Shown here in pieces: positions 38,432 through 47,859 of a stretch of 64,000 nucleotides of DNA (the first letter of the stretch is position 1; each line of letters begins with the position of its first letter). Location of the stretch: assembly GCA_963753345.1 (NCBI GenBank), contig CAVWBU010000024.1, positions 1-64,000 on the forward strand, in the 5' to 3' direction. Source of the DNA: an uncultured Fibrobacterota bacterium (lineage in GTDB: Bacteria; Fibrobacterota; Chitinivibrionia; Chitinivibrionales; FEN-1185). The notes below the pieces were generated by a model. The model ran no database searches. It was given only the letters and a program-made list of their open reading frames with translations, and was not told where the DNA came from. The position numbers were made by a program, and so were the translations under genes.

Positions 38432-39469
38432 ATGGTAATGACCTTTTCATCTTCATCCGCCCGATCCTTTTGTCTTGCACTCTTTATCACCCTGGCTCTT
38501 TCGTCACTCTCTTCAACCACCTCCGCTCAAACTCTGTCAAGCCCTCTCAAGCCCGACATCCTCAGCAACAAAAGCTACACCGAGGTTTACACGCTCACTG
38601 CGCACGCCGACGACAGCACCTTTGTCCAGGTAATGTTCACCATCACCAATCTGGGCATCGAAGACAGGAACGCAGCCTGCACCGCGCTCATTTTTCATCC
38701 GTCGAAGAAAGCCTGGAAGGCGAATGAAAAATTCACCTCAAAACAGTGGGCCTATTCGCCGACGCCCAACCCGACGCTCGCCATCGGCTCCAGCGCCCTC
38801 ACCGTGTTTTCCGACAGGCTCAGCCTTCGCGCGGCCGTGGGAGGGGTAAGGATTGACATCGTGCTTCACGCCGCTTTCGCGCCCGTCAAGCCGCCCAACA
38901 CCGACTTCCCGAAATCCGCGTCCGGCAAGTTCCGCGACTTCGAGATTCTCGTTCCCTGGTCGGCCGCGCAGGCCACGATCGTGCTTCCTGGCGCGGCGCC
39001 GCAGAGCATTTCGGGCTTCGGCACGCTCGACAGGGCCCGGTCGGTGGGAACCACGAGGGACATCTGCCGGGGCTGGGTCACGTTCCGCGGCCACAGCGGT
39101 CAGGAGTATTTCCTCGCGGACTTCCGCCTCCCGCCGCAGAAGGACGCCCCGGCCGTCGGATGGGTATGGCGGACGGCAGACGCCGGGCCCGTGGCCATCC
39201 AGGGCCTTGACATCCGCAAGGAACCCCTGATTGTTGACGGAAGGAAATCGGAGCGCTGCACGATTTCCGCACTCGACGGAACGTTCACCATTGCCGGCAG
39301 GGAGGCGCTGTACCGCTATTCCTTTGTGGACGAGCTCGGCGCCGTTACGGGCGGTCTTGTCAAACTGGTGGTCGGGAAGCCCATCACCGCGTATTGCCCG
39401 GCAACGGCACGGTTCAGCGGCGGCACCCGGCCCGTGCCCGGCATGCTGGAGCTGATGACCATCGAGTAA
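38432..39469 (+). CDS. Exported hypothetical protein
   Basis: Long ORF with signal peptide and host-like codon usage. Confidence 0.65.
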   Translation: MVMTFSSSSARSFCLALFITLALSSLSSTTSAQTLSSPLKPDILSNKSYTEVYTLTAHADDSTFVQVMFTITNLGIEDRNAACTALIFHPSKKAWKANEKFTSKQWAYSPTPNPTLAIGSSALTVFSDRLSLRAAVGGVRIDIVLHAAFAPVKPPNTDFPKSASGKFRDFEILVPWSAAQATIVLPGAAPQSISGFGTLDRARSVGTTRDICRGWVTFRGHSGQEYFLADFRLPPQKDAPAVGWVWRTADAGPVAIQGLDIRKEPLIVDGRKSERCTISALDGTFTIAGREALYRYSFVDELGAVTGGLVKLVVGKPITAYCPATARFSGGTRPVPGMLELMTIE

Positions 39470-39502
39470 CCCATCCGGCAGCGGATCGACAGGAGCAAAC
39501 CC

Positions 39503-40162
39503 GTGCGCCCGCGCTTTTTCAAACGAAGAGAATTCCCGGTTCCCACAATATGGGCGTGGTGCGTCGTGCTGGCCTCAATCGCGGCGCTGCTGCTCGTATT
39601 CGTATTCACCATTCATTCTTTTCTCGCCCCTGTCAAGCCCGTACCGTCCCGCATCATGGTGGTGGAAGGGTGGCTGCCCGAATACGCTCTTGCGCGGGCG
39701 GCCGAGGATTTCAAAGGCAAGGGTTTCCGTCTCTTGATCGTGACCGGCGGCCCGGTTGAAGTGGGCCATTTCCTCTCCGGCTACAACTCACTTGCCAATG
39801 TCGGGGCCGCGACCATGAGAAAGCTAGGGATAGACAGTTCTGCAATTGTGGTTGTCCCTGCGCCATTTGTCCAGAAGGACCGGACCTACGAGGAGGCGCT
39901 GTCGCTCAAACACTGGCTGCTCAAGTCCGGAACTCCTGAAAAAGCTCTAACGCTGTATTCAATCGGCTGCCATGCGCGGCGGTCGCACCTGCTGTACGCC
40001 AGGGTTCTCGGCAGAGAGTATACCGTGGGAGTCGTGGCATGCGTCAACAGAGACTACGACAGCCGGCACTGGTGGCATTACAGCAACGGCGTAAGGGCCG
40101 TGGCCGATGAGACGCTGGCATATTGTTATGCGTGGGTGTTTTCGTTGTTTGCGGGAGATTGA
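39503..40162 (+). CDS. YdcF/DUF218 (ElyC/SanA-like) protein
   Basis: N-terminal TM; VVEGW, VTGG, RTYEEA, HARRS. Confidence 0.75.
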   Translation: MRPRFFKRREFPVPTIWAWCVVLASIAALLLVFVFTIHSFLAPVKPVPSRIMVVEGWLPEYALARAAEDFKGKGFRLLIVTGGPVEVGHFLSGYNSLANVGAATMRKLGIDSSAIVVVPAPFVQKDRTYEEALSLKHWLLKSGTPEKALTLYSIGCHARRSHLLYARVLGREYTVGVVACVNRDYDSRHWWHYSNGVRAVADETLAYCYAWVFSLFAGD

Positions 40163-40210
40163 AATAAATACTTTAATGGGGGAAGTGCAACCTGTCTCAA
40201 AACTCAAGAG

Positions 40211-40360
40211 AAGATCTGGGCGCCCCGCCGAAGACGGCGGCGGTTCTCCTTCCGGTCTCGGCCGCAGGCCTCGGGCTGCCACGGCCCTATGGCCCACAGG
40301 GCCGGGTCCGGGCAGCATCCTGCTCTAGCGGGACCTCCAGTCGCCCTTGGCGCGCGGGCA
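40211..40360 (-). repeat. Structured repeat family B, divergent copy (inverted)
   Basis: Shares CCCGCCGAAGACGGCGGCGG, ATGGCCCACAGGGCCGGGTCCGGGC and GGGACCTCCAGTC with the 30498 copy. Confidence 0.75.
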
Positions 40361-40469
40361 GAGGTTGACCTGCCGCGAAATGATTTTTCAAGTCAATAAG
40401 AAAAAGAGAGTTTTGGCATTCTCGTTCTTTTAAAAAGTCAGCGACGAGTTTACAGAAAGGCTGGAGTAT

Positions 40470-40850
40470 ATGCCGTTAACAAGAATATCAATGAATTATA
40501 AGATCACGGACAAGACATCGCTGGTGAAAGATATTCAAAACACGCTTGTCAATGTACTCAAGATACCCGAGCGGGACAGGCTTATTATAGTTGATGAAAA
40601 CCTGGAGGGCTTTTTCCAGCCGCCGGATACCGCCGGGAAGTACGTGCTCGTGGAACTGTCGATGTTCAGCGGCAGAACAAAGGAAACGAAACGGGCGCTT
40701 TACAAATCGCTTGTTGACGTACTGGAAAAGCACGGCATCGGGAAGGAAAACGTCAGGATCGTGATGTATGAAGTGCCGAAGGACAACTGGGGCATTCGTG
40801 GAGGGAAGATGGCGTCGGAGGTGGAGTTGGGGTTTGAGACGGAGAGGTGA
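40470..40850 (+). CDS. Tautomerase-family protein
   Basis: MP start (Pro-1); GRTKETKRALY; NWGIRGG. Confidence 0.85.
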   Translation: MPLTRISMNYKITDKTSLVKDIQNTLVNVLKIPERDRLIIVDENLEGFFQPPDTAGKYVLVELSMFSGRTKETKRALYKSLVDVLEKHGIGKENVRIVMYEVPKDNWGIRGGKMASEVELGFETER

Positions 40851-41038
40851 AGGGAAAGTAGGGTTATTTGCGGATAAGAATGCGCGGGTTGCACTAAAAA
40901 GTCGCCGGCGAAAATGAAATATCAAAAGCAAATGACAAGTCCTGTGAAATTATCTATTTTGCTATTTGCAAGGTATCTGACGAAGATCTGAGTGATTACC
41001 TCTCTGTTAAACGAACGCGAGCGAAAGAGGATAATGCC

Positions 41039-41635
41039 TTGGAAAGAAATGTTGTAGATAATGCGAAATTCAATAAGAAGGCGGAATTACCTTTTGAGCT
41101 CAGGCAACAGGATTTTCAAATGGCAATGCAGGATGTGTACGATTTCTTTTATGATGTAAATTCGCACCTATCTAAAAAGGGACTGCAACGACTCGATGAA
41201 ATGCTTCGACCTGCTATAATGTCTGGTGTATTGTCGGACATGATCACTGCAAGCCTAGCCAAGCACTCAAGAACGCTAATAGAAAACCACTATTTTAATG
41301 GGCATCCCGATTTGGTTGTCCAAGGAGTTTACCCTGGCAATTCTATCAAAGCTGGTACAAAGGGTGTTGAGATTAAGACAACTCGAAAAACAGGCGGAGC
41401 AGTTGACACGCACGGCGCTCGTGATCAGTTCATGTGTGTTTTTCTTTATGATGTCGATAACGAAACGGAACCCGCACACGACCGTCATCCGATGACATTC
41501 ACGGAAGTATATATAGGCAAAGTTTCAGTGGAAGATTTCCGAAAGAACCCGCGTGGCGAACTTGGCACTCGCACTGCAACTCTTCACAAAGATGGTATTA
41601 AGAAACTTCGACAGAACTGGGTGTATCGTTTGTAA
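41039..41635 (+). CDS. Putative type II restriction endonuclease (PD-(D/E)XK)
   Basis: HPDL...GVEIK motif; convergent with and overlapping a DNA methyltransferase. Confidence 0.6.
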   Translation: MERNVVDNAKFNKKAELPFELRQQDFQMAMQDVYDFFYDVNSHLSKKGLQRLDEMLRPAIMSGVLSDMITASLAKHSRTLIENHYFNGHPDLVVQGVYPGNSIKAGTKGVEIKTTRKTGGAVDTHGARDQFMCVFLYDVDNETEPAHDRHPMTFTEVYIGKVSVEDFRKNPRGELGTRTATLHKDGIKKLRQNWVYRL

Positions 41636-42776
41636 CGTACCCACTACACCGGAGCTTTGCGAGTTTGGGTATGCTTGCACTTGCAAGTTTGAAGTACTTT
41701 TCATCTTTCTCGACACCAATACTTGAGTACCCATAAAACTCGGCAGCAGCCAAGGTAGACCCCGCCCCTGCAAAAGGGTCTAATATCTTGCCCTCGCCAA
41801 GAGGGAGTACAGCTCTGACAATCTGCCTCAGAAATGCCTGGGGCTTTAGGCTAGGATGTGGGGCTAGTGTACGCTCTGTCTGTCGTGTTGGTGCTGACGG
41901 TATTACATCTCCAAATGGCCTTTCGTCACTCGGTCGTCGGAATCCACCCGTTTTCCACTTTCGAAGGTTATCTTGCACTCGTCCTTCAATTGGTTTTCTA
42001 TATACTAGCCATGGCTCCCACATTGACCTCGGCATGACACTGATTTCTTTGAATTCTTCGTGCGCTGCCTTCGGTCTATCTCCTCCTCGCATTGTCATTG
42101 TAAGACGAATTACTTCGCCCCTTCTCTCAAGCCCTGCCTCTGACAAGGCCCCTGCTACGATATACGATAATAAGGGATTCGAAGCAACGATAACATTCGC
42201 ACCGGGTACAAGTTTAGGAAGAAGAACTTTTCCCCATCTCAGGAAAAAAGTATACAAGTCATCGAGTTGTTCTTTCGTCAATGTTGTAAAGCGTGGTAAA
42301 GGCGATCTCTTGTGGCCGTCAAAAGAAGGCGGTATTCTCCACACTCCACCTTTGCCATTTCTTAATTTCTCTTGTTGTTCAGGCGAGTATTCATGAAGAC
42401 CATAGGGTGGATCAGTTACTACTGCATGGATGCTATTGTATTCTTGCTTCTCAATCCAATCAAAGCAGTCTGCATGAAATATGATCGACTTTCCAATTTG
42501 TGCGGGCTTGTTCCAACTCGTGGGTGTATGTTTTGCTTGAATAAAAGATTCCTTGGTCTCTCGCATTCCATACATACCGCGTTCTTCGCGCACAAATTGT
42601 TGAGGCGTGTTGAGCCGAAGATAAGATCTTATAGAAGAGCCGGGGGTTGGTCCGATCATCTCACATACTTGAGTCTCAATAGCGGAAACCCCCATTGGTT
42701 TTCTACTGCTCTTCAACACTTTAATAATTGCATCACGAACCCGCCCTGGAGCACTTCTTTGACTAATCTTCTTCAT
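41598..42776 (-). CDS. N4/N6 DNA methyltransferase (beta class) with N-terminal HTH-like extension
   Basis: VTDPPY precedes HPSLKP and LDPFAGAGST. Confidence 0.9.
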   Translation of the reverse strand: MKKISQRSAPGRVRDAIIKVLKSSRKPMGVSAIETQVCEMIGPTPGSSIRSYLRLNTPQQFVREERGMYGMRETKESFIQAKHTPTSWNKPAQIGKSIIFHADCFDWIEKQEYNSIHAVVTDPPYGLHEYSPEQQEKLRNGKGGVWRIPPSFDGHKRSPLPRFTTLTKEQLDDLYTFFLRWGKVLLPKLVPGANVIVASNPLLSYIVAGALSEAGLERRGEVIRLTMTMRGGDRPKAAHEEFKEISVMPRSMWEPWLVYRKPIEGRVQDNLRKWKTGGFRRPSDERPFGDVIPSAPTRQTERTLAPHPSLKPQAFLRQIVRAVLPLGEGKILDPFAGAGSTLAAAEFYGYSSIGVEKDEKYFKLASASIPKLAKLRCSGYVTNDTPSSVEVS

Positions 42777-43082
42777 AAAGATAATATAAGACGTTTGGAC
42801 GTTTTATGTCAATACTTATTTTGTTTTTTATTTCGAATTCACGTTGCAATTTTTCAGCTGTTGGGACGTTTCGGAAAAGTCCAGGATTAACACAATGATC
42901 AAATCCTCCTCCTCTTCATCTTCCCCTGCTTCCCCCAGTCCTTCCTCTGCCAGCAGAAAAAAACCTCCCCGCTTCCTTACCACAGAAGACAAAAGAGAAT
43001 AAGAGAAAGAATAGCGCACGAGAAAAAAACCGCCCAATAAAACCAATCCCTCTTCGTATTTTTTACTGCAAACAAAACCCAC

Positions 43083-45782
43083 GTGGGGCATTCCGAGAAG
43101 GCAATACTGTTGTATTGGTCAAGCAGACATATTGCATTATCGCTGAATTGGGTTCTTATCACGACGTTCTTGTTTGCGTCCACGATCTTCGCTGACGCGC
43201 TTGACTCTGTCAAGAGCGAACCGCCGATTCTCGTCACCGACCCGCTTATTCGTACAACACCCGAGATGCTCAAGCATGGTCTTTGGGGATCTTCCTCCGT
43301 CGAGGTCGGGATCGACTCTACAGGTTCGGTAGATTCATGTACCGTTGCGCCATCGGGAAACCATGGGTTCGATTCTTTAGTCAGGTGCAACGTTGCTACA
43401 GCGCGTTTTACTCCGGCCATAGGAAACGGCCGCGCCGTGCCTTCTGCCGTCAGGTTTGAAATCGCCGTGCCCTGCGATTCACTTGTTTCACAGTGTTTGC
43501 GCCTGCCGCCTAATTTTGTTGGTACGGTGATCGACACCTTCCGAAGGAAGTCTCTCCCGGAAACGCGCATTTTTGTCCACTATACTGACACAACCCAAGA
43601 CAGTGCGGCTGCCATCGGGTTCAGTCGCTACCTTGGCCTCATTGGCGATAGGGCTGGTCAGAAGTATGACGGAACGTTGATTGTTGCCGTCACCGATTCA
43701 CTCGGACGTTTTGCATTCAGGCTTCTGCCGCGCGGGCGCTTCACCATGTCGGTACAGTCGGCAGGATACGAGGTCGGTCATTTCCGCGGCAGCATTTCCG
43801 GAGACAAACAGCAGGAAAGCCGATATATTCTCAGGTCACTGGAGGAACGTTCTCATGGCAGTGCCTATGTAATCACCGTGTACGGACGGCAGACCTTTGC
43901 CGAAAAAAAAATCGACGTTGCCGAAGAGGAGAAACATGTCGGATTCTCCCCTTTGCTGAGCAACGTCGTGCAGGCAAAGGCCGAAATCCGTCGCGTTCCC
44001 GAAGGACCGTCGATGATGCTCGTGCGGTCGGGGTGCCCGTACGACAATGTGTACGTGGTCGCCGGAGTGCCCATGCTGGCACCATTCCATTTTGGCGGTT
44101 ACCCCTATGCCGACATAGACGGCTTGATGATCTCCGCGCTATCAAATGTCAATGTAACGATAAACGATATTGCTGCCAAAATGGTGGATGCAAGCGAATG
44201 CATTGTGGCGGCCGACCCGGGAAAAATTTCGTATGATAATGACAGCGCAGCAAAAGGGTTTTATCTGAAGGGCGATTTCAGCATGCTTGGCGTAGATTTA
44301 TTGGCGGCATATTCGGCTAAGAAAAAAACGGGGGATTTTGTGCAGGTCGGGTATTCGGCGTGCGATAATTATTTGTTGAAATTTGATACTGCTTTCTACC
44401 CATCAGTCAAGCAGGGGAATCAAGAAATCGGCATCCCGCTTAACTATGGGAATGCAACTCTTGCCGGATCGAAATCCGTCGGCCCACTGCGGTGCACAGC
44501 CTTCGGATGGTTGGCGTGGGACTCGTATAAGGTGCTCCAGGCGACCACCAACCAGGGAATTCGCGACTCATTAGTATATTACGGGCTCGCCGGCAAGGCT
44601 GTCTTGCCGTGGGGAATGGGAAGCATCAAATTCACCAATGACTCCTCAAATATGTCGCTCATAATCGGTGGATCGCATCAGTTCTTTGGCACCGGAAAGC
44701 AAGTCATTTCCACCGTGTTTTCCACGCGCGCTTTCCTTAACAACGGCGAAGTAACCGCCGACTTCGACACAATCATTCGCAAACCGTTAGTGGCTAAACT
44801 CACCGCTCATGTTAGCAACGACCAATGGAACGGCTATCTCTCACGACAAGTAAATAATCAAATAGACACGATTTATCGCGCACAAGGCACAGAAACGGGT
44901 TTACACTTCAATACCTCGCTCATCAAGCAAACAGGTCGCATCACTACCGAGTTGGACCTGCTCGCTTCAGCCATCAAATATACCGACAGTATCCAACTCA
45001 TCGGCGATGCGGGAGCATCGATAACATATGAGGGTGATAACTTTCATACCGGCATCTATTTCGGTCGCATCACCTCGCGCCCCGATGTTCGCGGGCTTCC
45101 CGATTCACTTTTCAGAATGCAGCTTGATCGCACCTATGTCGCTTCTCTGCCTATCTTTTTTCGCTATGGCATGGTTACAAAACTCGGCATCGAACCCTAT
45201 TTCCGCTACAGCACGAATGCACCTCAACTTGATCCCATCAGACAAGTGTGGCAGCAAGATGGAGCGACACGAGTTTTAGCATACGGATCGGATTTCGACT
45301 TTCGTATTGTGCCGTTATCGTGGGCGGAACTTTCTGCCGCGCTTAACCTCGCCGACGCTCAAAGGCTAAGCGCAGCCGGCGACCCTCTCGCATACGAATG
45401 GAACCTTCCCTGGACAATCCGCGCCAACCTGCATCTTCATTCGAAAAGCGACCGCTTTCATCTTTATGTCGATTACATCCGCTCCCAAGGTCTGCCCTAC
45501 TACGATCTCGACAACCAGGCCTATGGAACGTTGCCGGTCTATCGTAGTCTCGATCTTAATTTTCAGATCCGCTCTATCCTTCCTCCACCGCTTCGCAATC
45601 TCTTTCATTCGAAATTATTTGTTAATAAACTCGACTGCTATATGACGTTCAAAAACGTGCAGGACCTTGTTCATATATCGAATGTGCGTGACTATTATTG
45701 GGACAGTAATGGCCGCCGCCAGCCGGTATATCTTGGATTTGGCAGGGTTGATATTGGCGCGCGATTTGGGATTAAATGGTAA
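43083..45782 (+). CDS. TonB C-terminal domain fused to a TonB-dependent-receptor-like outer membrane protein
   Basis: IDSTGSV...FD...ARFTPA..NGRAV TonB-C; TDSLGRF carboxypeptidase-regulatory-like domain; LVRSG..DN..VAGVP..PFHFGG plug; C-terminal aromatic residue. Confidence 0.7.
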   Translation: MGHSEKAILLYWSSRHIALSLNWVLITTFLFASTIFADALDSVKSEPPILVTDPLIRTTPEMLKHGLWGSSSVEVGIDSTGSVDSCTVAPSGNHGFDSLVRCNVATARFTPAIGNGRAVPSAVRFEIAVPCDSLVSQCLRLPPNFVGTVIDTFRRKSLPETRIFVHYTDTTQDSAAAIGFSRYLGLIGDRAGQKYDGTLIVAVTDSLGRFAFRLLPRGRFTMSVQSAGYEVGHFRGSISGDKQQESRYILRSLEERSHGSAYVITVYGRQTFAEKKIDVAEEEKHVGFSPLLSNVVQAKAEIRRVPEGPSMMLVRSGCPYDNVYVVAGVPMLAPFHFGGYPYADIDGLMISALSNVNVTINDIAAKMVDASECIVAADPGKISYDNDSAAKGFYLKGDFSMLGVDLLAAYSAKKKTGDFVQVGYSACDNYLLKFDTAFYPSVKQGNQEIGIPLNYGNATLAGSKSVGPLRCTAFGWLAWDSYKVLQATTNQGIRDSLVYYGLAGKAVLPWGMGSIKFTNDSSNMSLIIGGSHQFFGTGKQVISTVFSTRAFLNNGEVTADFDTIIRKPLVAKLTAHVSNDQWNGYLSRQVNNQIDTIYRAQGTETGLHFNTSLIKQTGRITTELDLLASAIKYTDSIQLIGDAGASITYEGDNFHTGIYFGRITSRPDVRGLPDSLFRMQLDRTYVASLPIFFRYGMVTKLGIEPYFRYSTNAPQLDPIRQVWQQDGATRVLAYGSDFDFRIVPLSWAELSAALNLADAQRLSAAGDPLAYEWNLPWTIRANLHLHSKSDRFHLYVDYIRSQGLPYYDLDNQAYGTLPVYRSLDLNFQIRSILPPPLRNLFHSKLFVNKLDCYMTFKNVQDLVHISNVRDYYWDSNGRRQPVYLGFGRVDIGARFGIKW

Positions 45783-45853
45783 AAGAGATCAAATATATTC
45801 AATCGACGGCAGGAGCGGTTGATTCATCCGGTAGGCACGCGAGGCGGGTGAAG

Positions 45854-46411
45854 TCAAGCAACCGTTTGGCCCGTCATTCCCCTCTCCAAATCCATTTCCA
45901 GCAAAAACACCTTTTCCCCTTTGTACACAAGCTCGCCGATCACGCGCAGGCCGACCGCCTGGTACGGCCGCACTCTGCGCTCCGAGCACGTGCCGTACAT
46001 TTTTGTCACGCCCTTTGCGTGGAGTCTTTCCAGAAAAAACTTTGTGAACGACCTCAGGAGGGTCGCGCTGCTCATCACGTCGAGCAGGCAGAACATCTGG
46101 ATGATCTCACACACGCCAGGCGCGGCCTTGTCTATGGAGAATCCTTCGAGCTCGAGCTGCAGCGGCGAGCCGACGCCGAAATTCACCGCGGCCGCCGCCA
46201 CGATCCTTTCCCCCGTACTTGCAGTATAGATTTCCTGCGTGTCGTAGGGGATTTTCGCAACGGTCCGCTTTGATTGGCGGTCTATGGTCCAGATGCGCTC
46301 GAGGATCTCGGACGGGCCGAAGGCGCGGTACAGTGCGCGCTCGTAGGACAAACGCTGCGCATCGGACGCGGTGTCGAGGACCGAAAATACGAAGTTCTTC
46401 CGGGTTTCCAA
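45854..46411 (-). CDS. GNAT-fold acyltransferase-like protein (N-acyl amino acid synthase/LuxI-like, tentative)
   Basis: GGAG RBS plus TTG at 46411; IVAAAAVN...VCEI...GVTKMYGTC...YQAVGLRVIG pattern; last gene of the KS/ACP operon. Confidence 0.5.
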   Translation of the reverse strand: METRKNFVFSVLDTASDAQRLSYERALYRAFGPSEILERIWTIDRQSKRTVAKIPYDTQEIYTASTGERIVAAAAVNFGVGSPLQLELEGFSIDKAAPGVCEIIQMFCLLDVMSSATLLRSFTKFFLERLHAKGVTKMYGTCSERRVRPYQAVGLRVIGELVYKGEKVFLLEMDLERGMTGQTVA

Positions 46412-46451
46412 GAATGCTCCGCGGAAAGGGATTTTGACAAAGCGGAATGCG

Positions 46452-47561
46452 CTACAGTTCGTCGAGCTTGACCGTGAGGCTTTTTGGCATGATGGGCGGC
46501 ATTGAAATGGTATGCAGCTCGGGTCCGCGCTCCGCGCCCAGGTTGAACGTGAGCCCGGCAAACGCGATGTCCACCGGCAGAAGGGCCAGGCCCACCTGCG
46601 CGTTTAACACATAGGAAAAGCACGACGCCACAATTTCGCCCGCCTTTGCGGCGCCGCTAAACACGGACGCGCCCTTTGCAACCTCCTTGACGCCGGGAGC
46701 CGCAGACACGCCGACGATCTTGTGCGAAAGCCCTTTGGCCCTGCGCTCGAAAATCGCCGTGCTGCCCGAAAAACTTTCTTTGCCGAAATCGATCATCCAC
46801 TGCAAGCCGAGCGGAAGCGGGTCGCGCACAATCGCGCCTTCGGCGAAGATATTGAAGAACCTGCCTTCGAGCCGCAAATCGTTGTGAATGTCGACCCCGC
46901 ACAGGCCGCCCTTGTTTTCCAGCGCAAACGACAGGCACGCATCGAACAAGCCCGCGGCGTTTGCCGCAGGGGCCAAAAGGTAATAGCCGAACTCCGAGGT
47001 CTTGCCGGCCCGGAACAGCGACAGCGGCTGGCCTCCGAACTCGTAGCGCTCCACCGACAGGTAGGGCAGGCCGAGCACGTCCGCGCCGAACAGGCCCTTT
47101 GCCGCGGCCCAGGCCCTGTATCCATCGATTGACAAAAGCGCGTGGCTTTCCGAAAGGTCGACCATGCCTGCGCCCTCGGCACCCCGGGAAAGAAGCAATG
47201 CCTTGAATGCCGCATCGTCCATGATGCTTTCGGCTAAAAGGAAAAACTGTTCATCGTTGTTGGCAACATAGCAGTCGGCAATAAGGTTGCCGCCTTCGTC
47301 GGCGATAAACGTATGCAGCATGCGGCCGAACCGCACCTTTGCCACGTTGCCGGCGCACAGCGCATCGAGAAAGTCGAGCCCCTTGTCTTCCGGGAAACTG
47401 CAGCGGTGCATGTAGGAGACGTCGGTGAGCCCGAGGCCGTCGCGCACGAGGCCGTATTCGATCCTCCTATCGGAGACCTTGGAAACAACCTCGGCCCCGA
47501 GCCGTTCGGTAAACACGGCATTCTTCTTTGCAAAGCTATCGTGGAAATGCGAAGCCCTCAT
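46452..47561 (-). CDS. GcvT/aminomethyltransferase-family folate-binding protein
   Basis: EY.LVRDGLGLTDVS; G.TSEFGY; LRLEG; C-terminal barrel (GEIVAS.FSYVL..VGLALL); ATGA overlap with ACP. Confidence 0.8.
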   Translation of the reverse strand: MRASHFHDSFAKKNAVFTERLGAEVVSKVSDRRIEYGLVRDGLGLTDVSYMHRCSFPEDKGLDFLDALCAGNVAKVRFGRMLHTFIADEGGNLIADCYVANNDEQFFLLAESIMDDAAFKALLLSRGAEGAGMVDLSESHALLSIDGYRAWAAAKGLFGADVLGLPYLSVERYEFGGQPLSLFRAGKTSEFGYYLLAPAANAAGLFDACLSFALENKGGLCGVDIHNDLRLEGRFFNIFAEGAIVRDPLPLGLQWMIDFGKESFSGSTAIFERRAKGLSHKIVGVSAAPGVKEVAKGASVFSGAAKAGEIVASCFSYVLNAQVGLALLPVDIAFAGLTFNLGAERGPELHTISMPPIMPKSLTVKLDEL

Positions 47562-47854
47562 CGTCCCGCCCCGCTTTCCGCCTTCTGGGCGAGCACGAAA
47601 TCGACCACCGTGTTGATGGACCGCAATACCGCGATGTTCTCGTCGGGGATTTTGATGCCGAAGGAGTTCTCGATGCACAAAACGATCTCAAGCGCGTCCA
47701 GGGAATCGAGGCCAAGCCCCGCTCCCAGGAGCGCGACATCCTCGTGCAGGTCCTCGGGAGTGTAGGGCAGGTTGAGCCGCCGGATGAGTTCCTGCTTGAA
47801 CGTGTCGATTACGGCGCGGCGCTTGTCGATGACCGCCTTCATTGCATCCGTCAT
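47558..47854 (-). CDS. Acyl carrier protein
   Basis: GLGLDSLDALEIV phosphopantetheine motif; 98 aa. Confidence 0.92.
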   Translation of the reverse strand: MTDAMKAVIDKRRAVIDTFKQELIRRLNLPYTPEDLHEDVALLGAGLGLDSLDALEIVLCIENSFGIKIPDENIAVLRSINTVVDFVLAQKAESGAGR

Positions 47855-47859
47855 ATCGA

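Noticed and set aside
42900-43020. Purine/pyrimidine-skewed tract and overlapping small ORFs
   Set aside because: Low complexity with no recognisable repeat unit or protein motif.
46452-47561. Canonical glycine cleavage gcvT
   Set aside because: Divergent motifs, no gcvH/gcvP nearby, and embedded in the KS/ACP operon.
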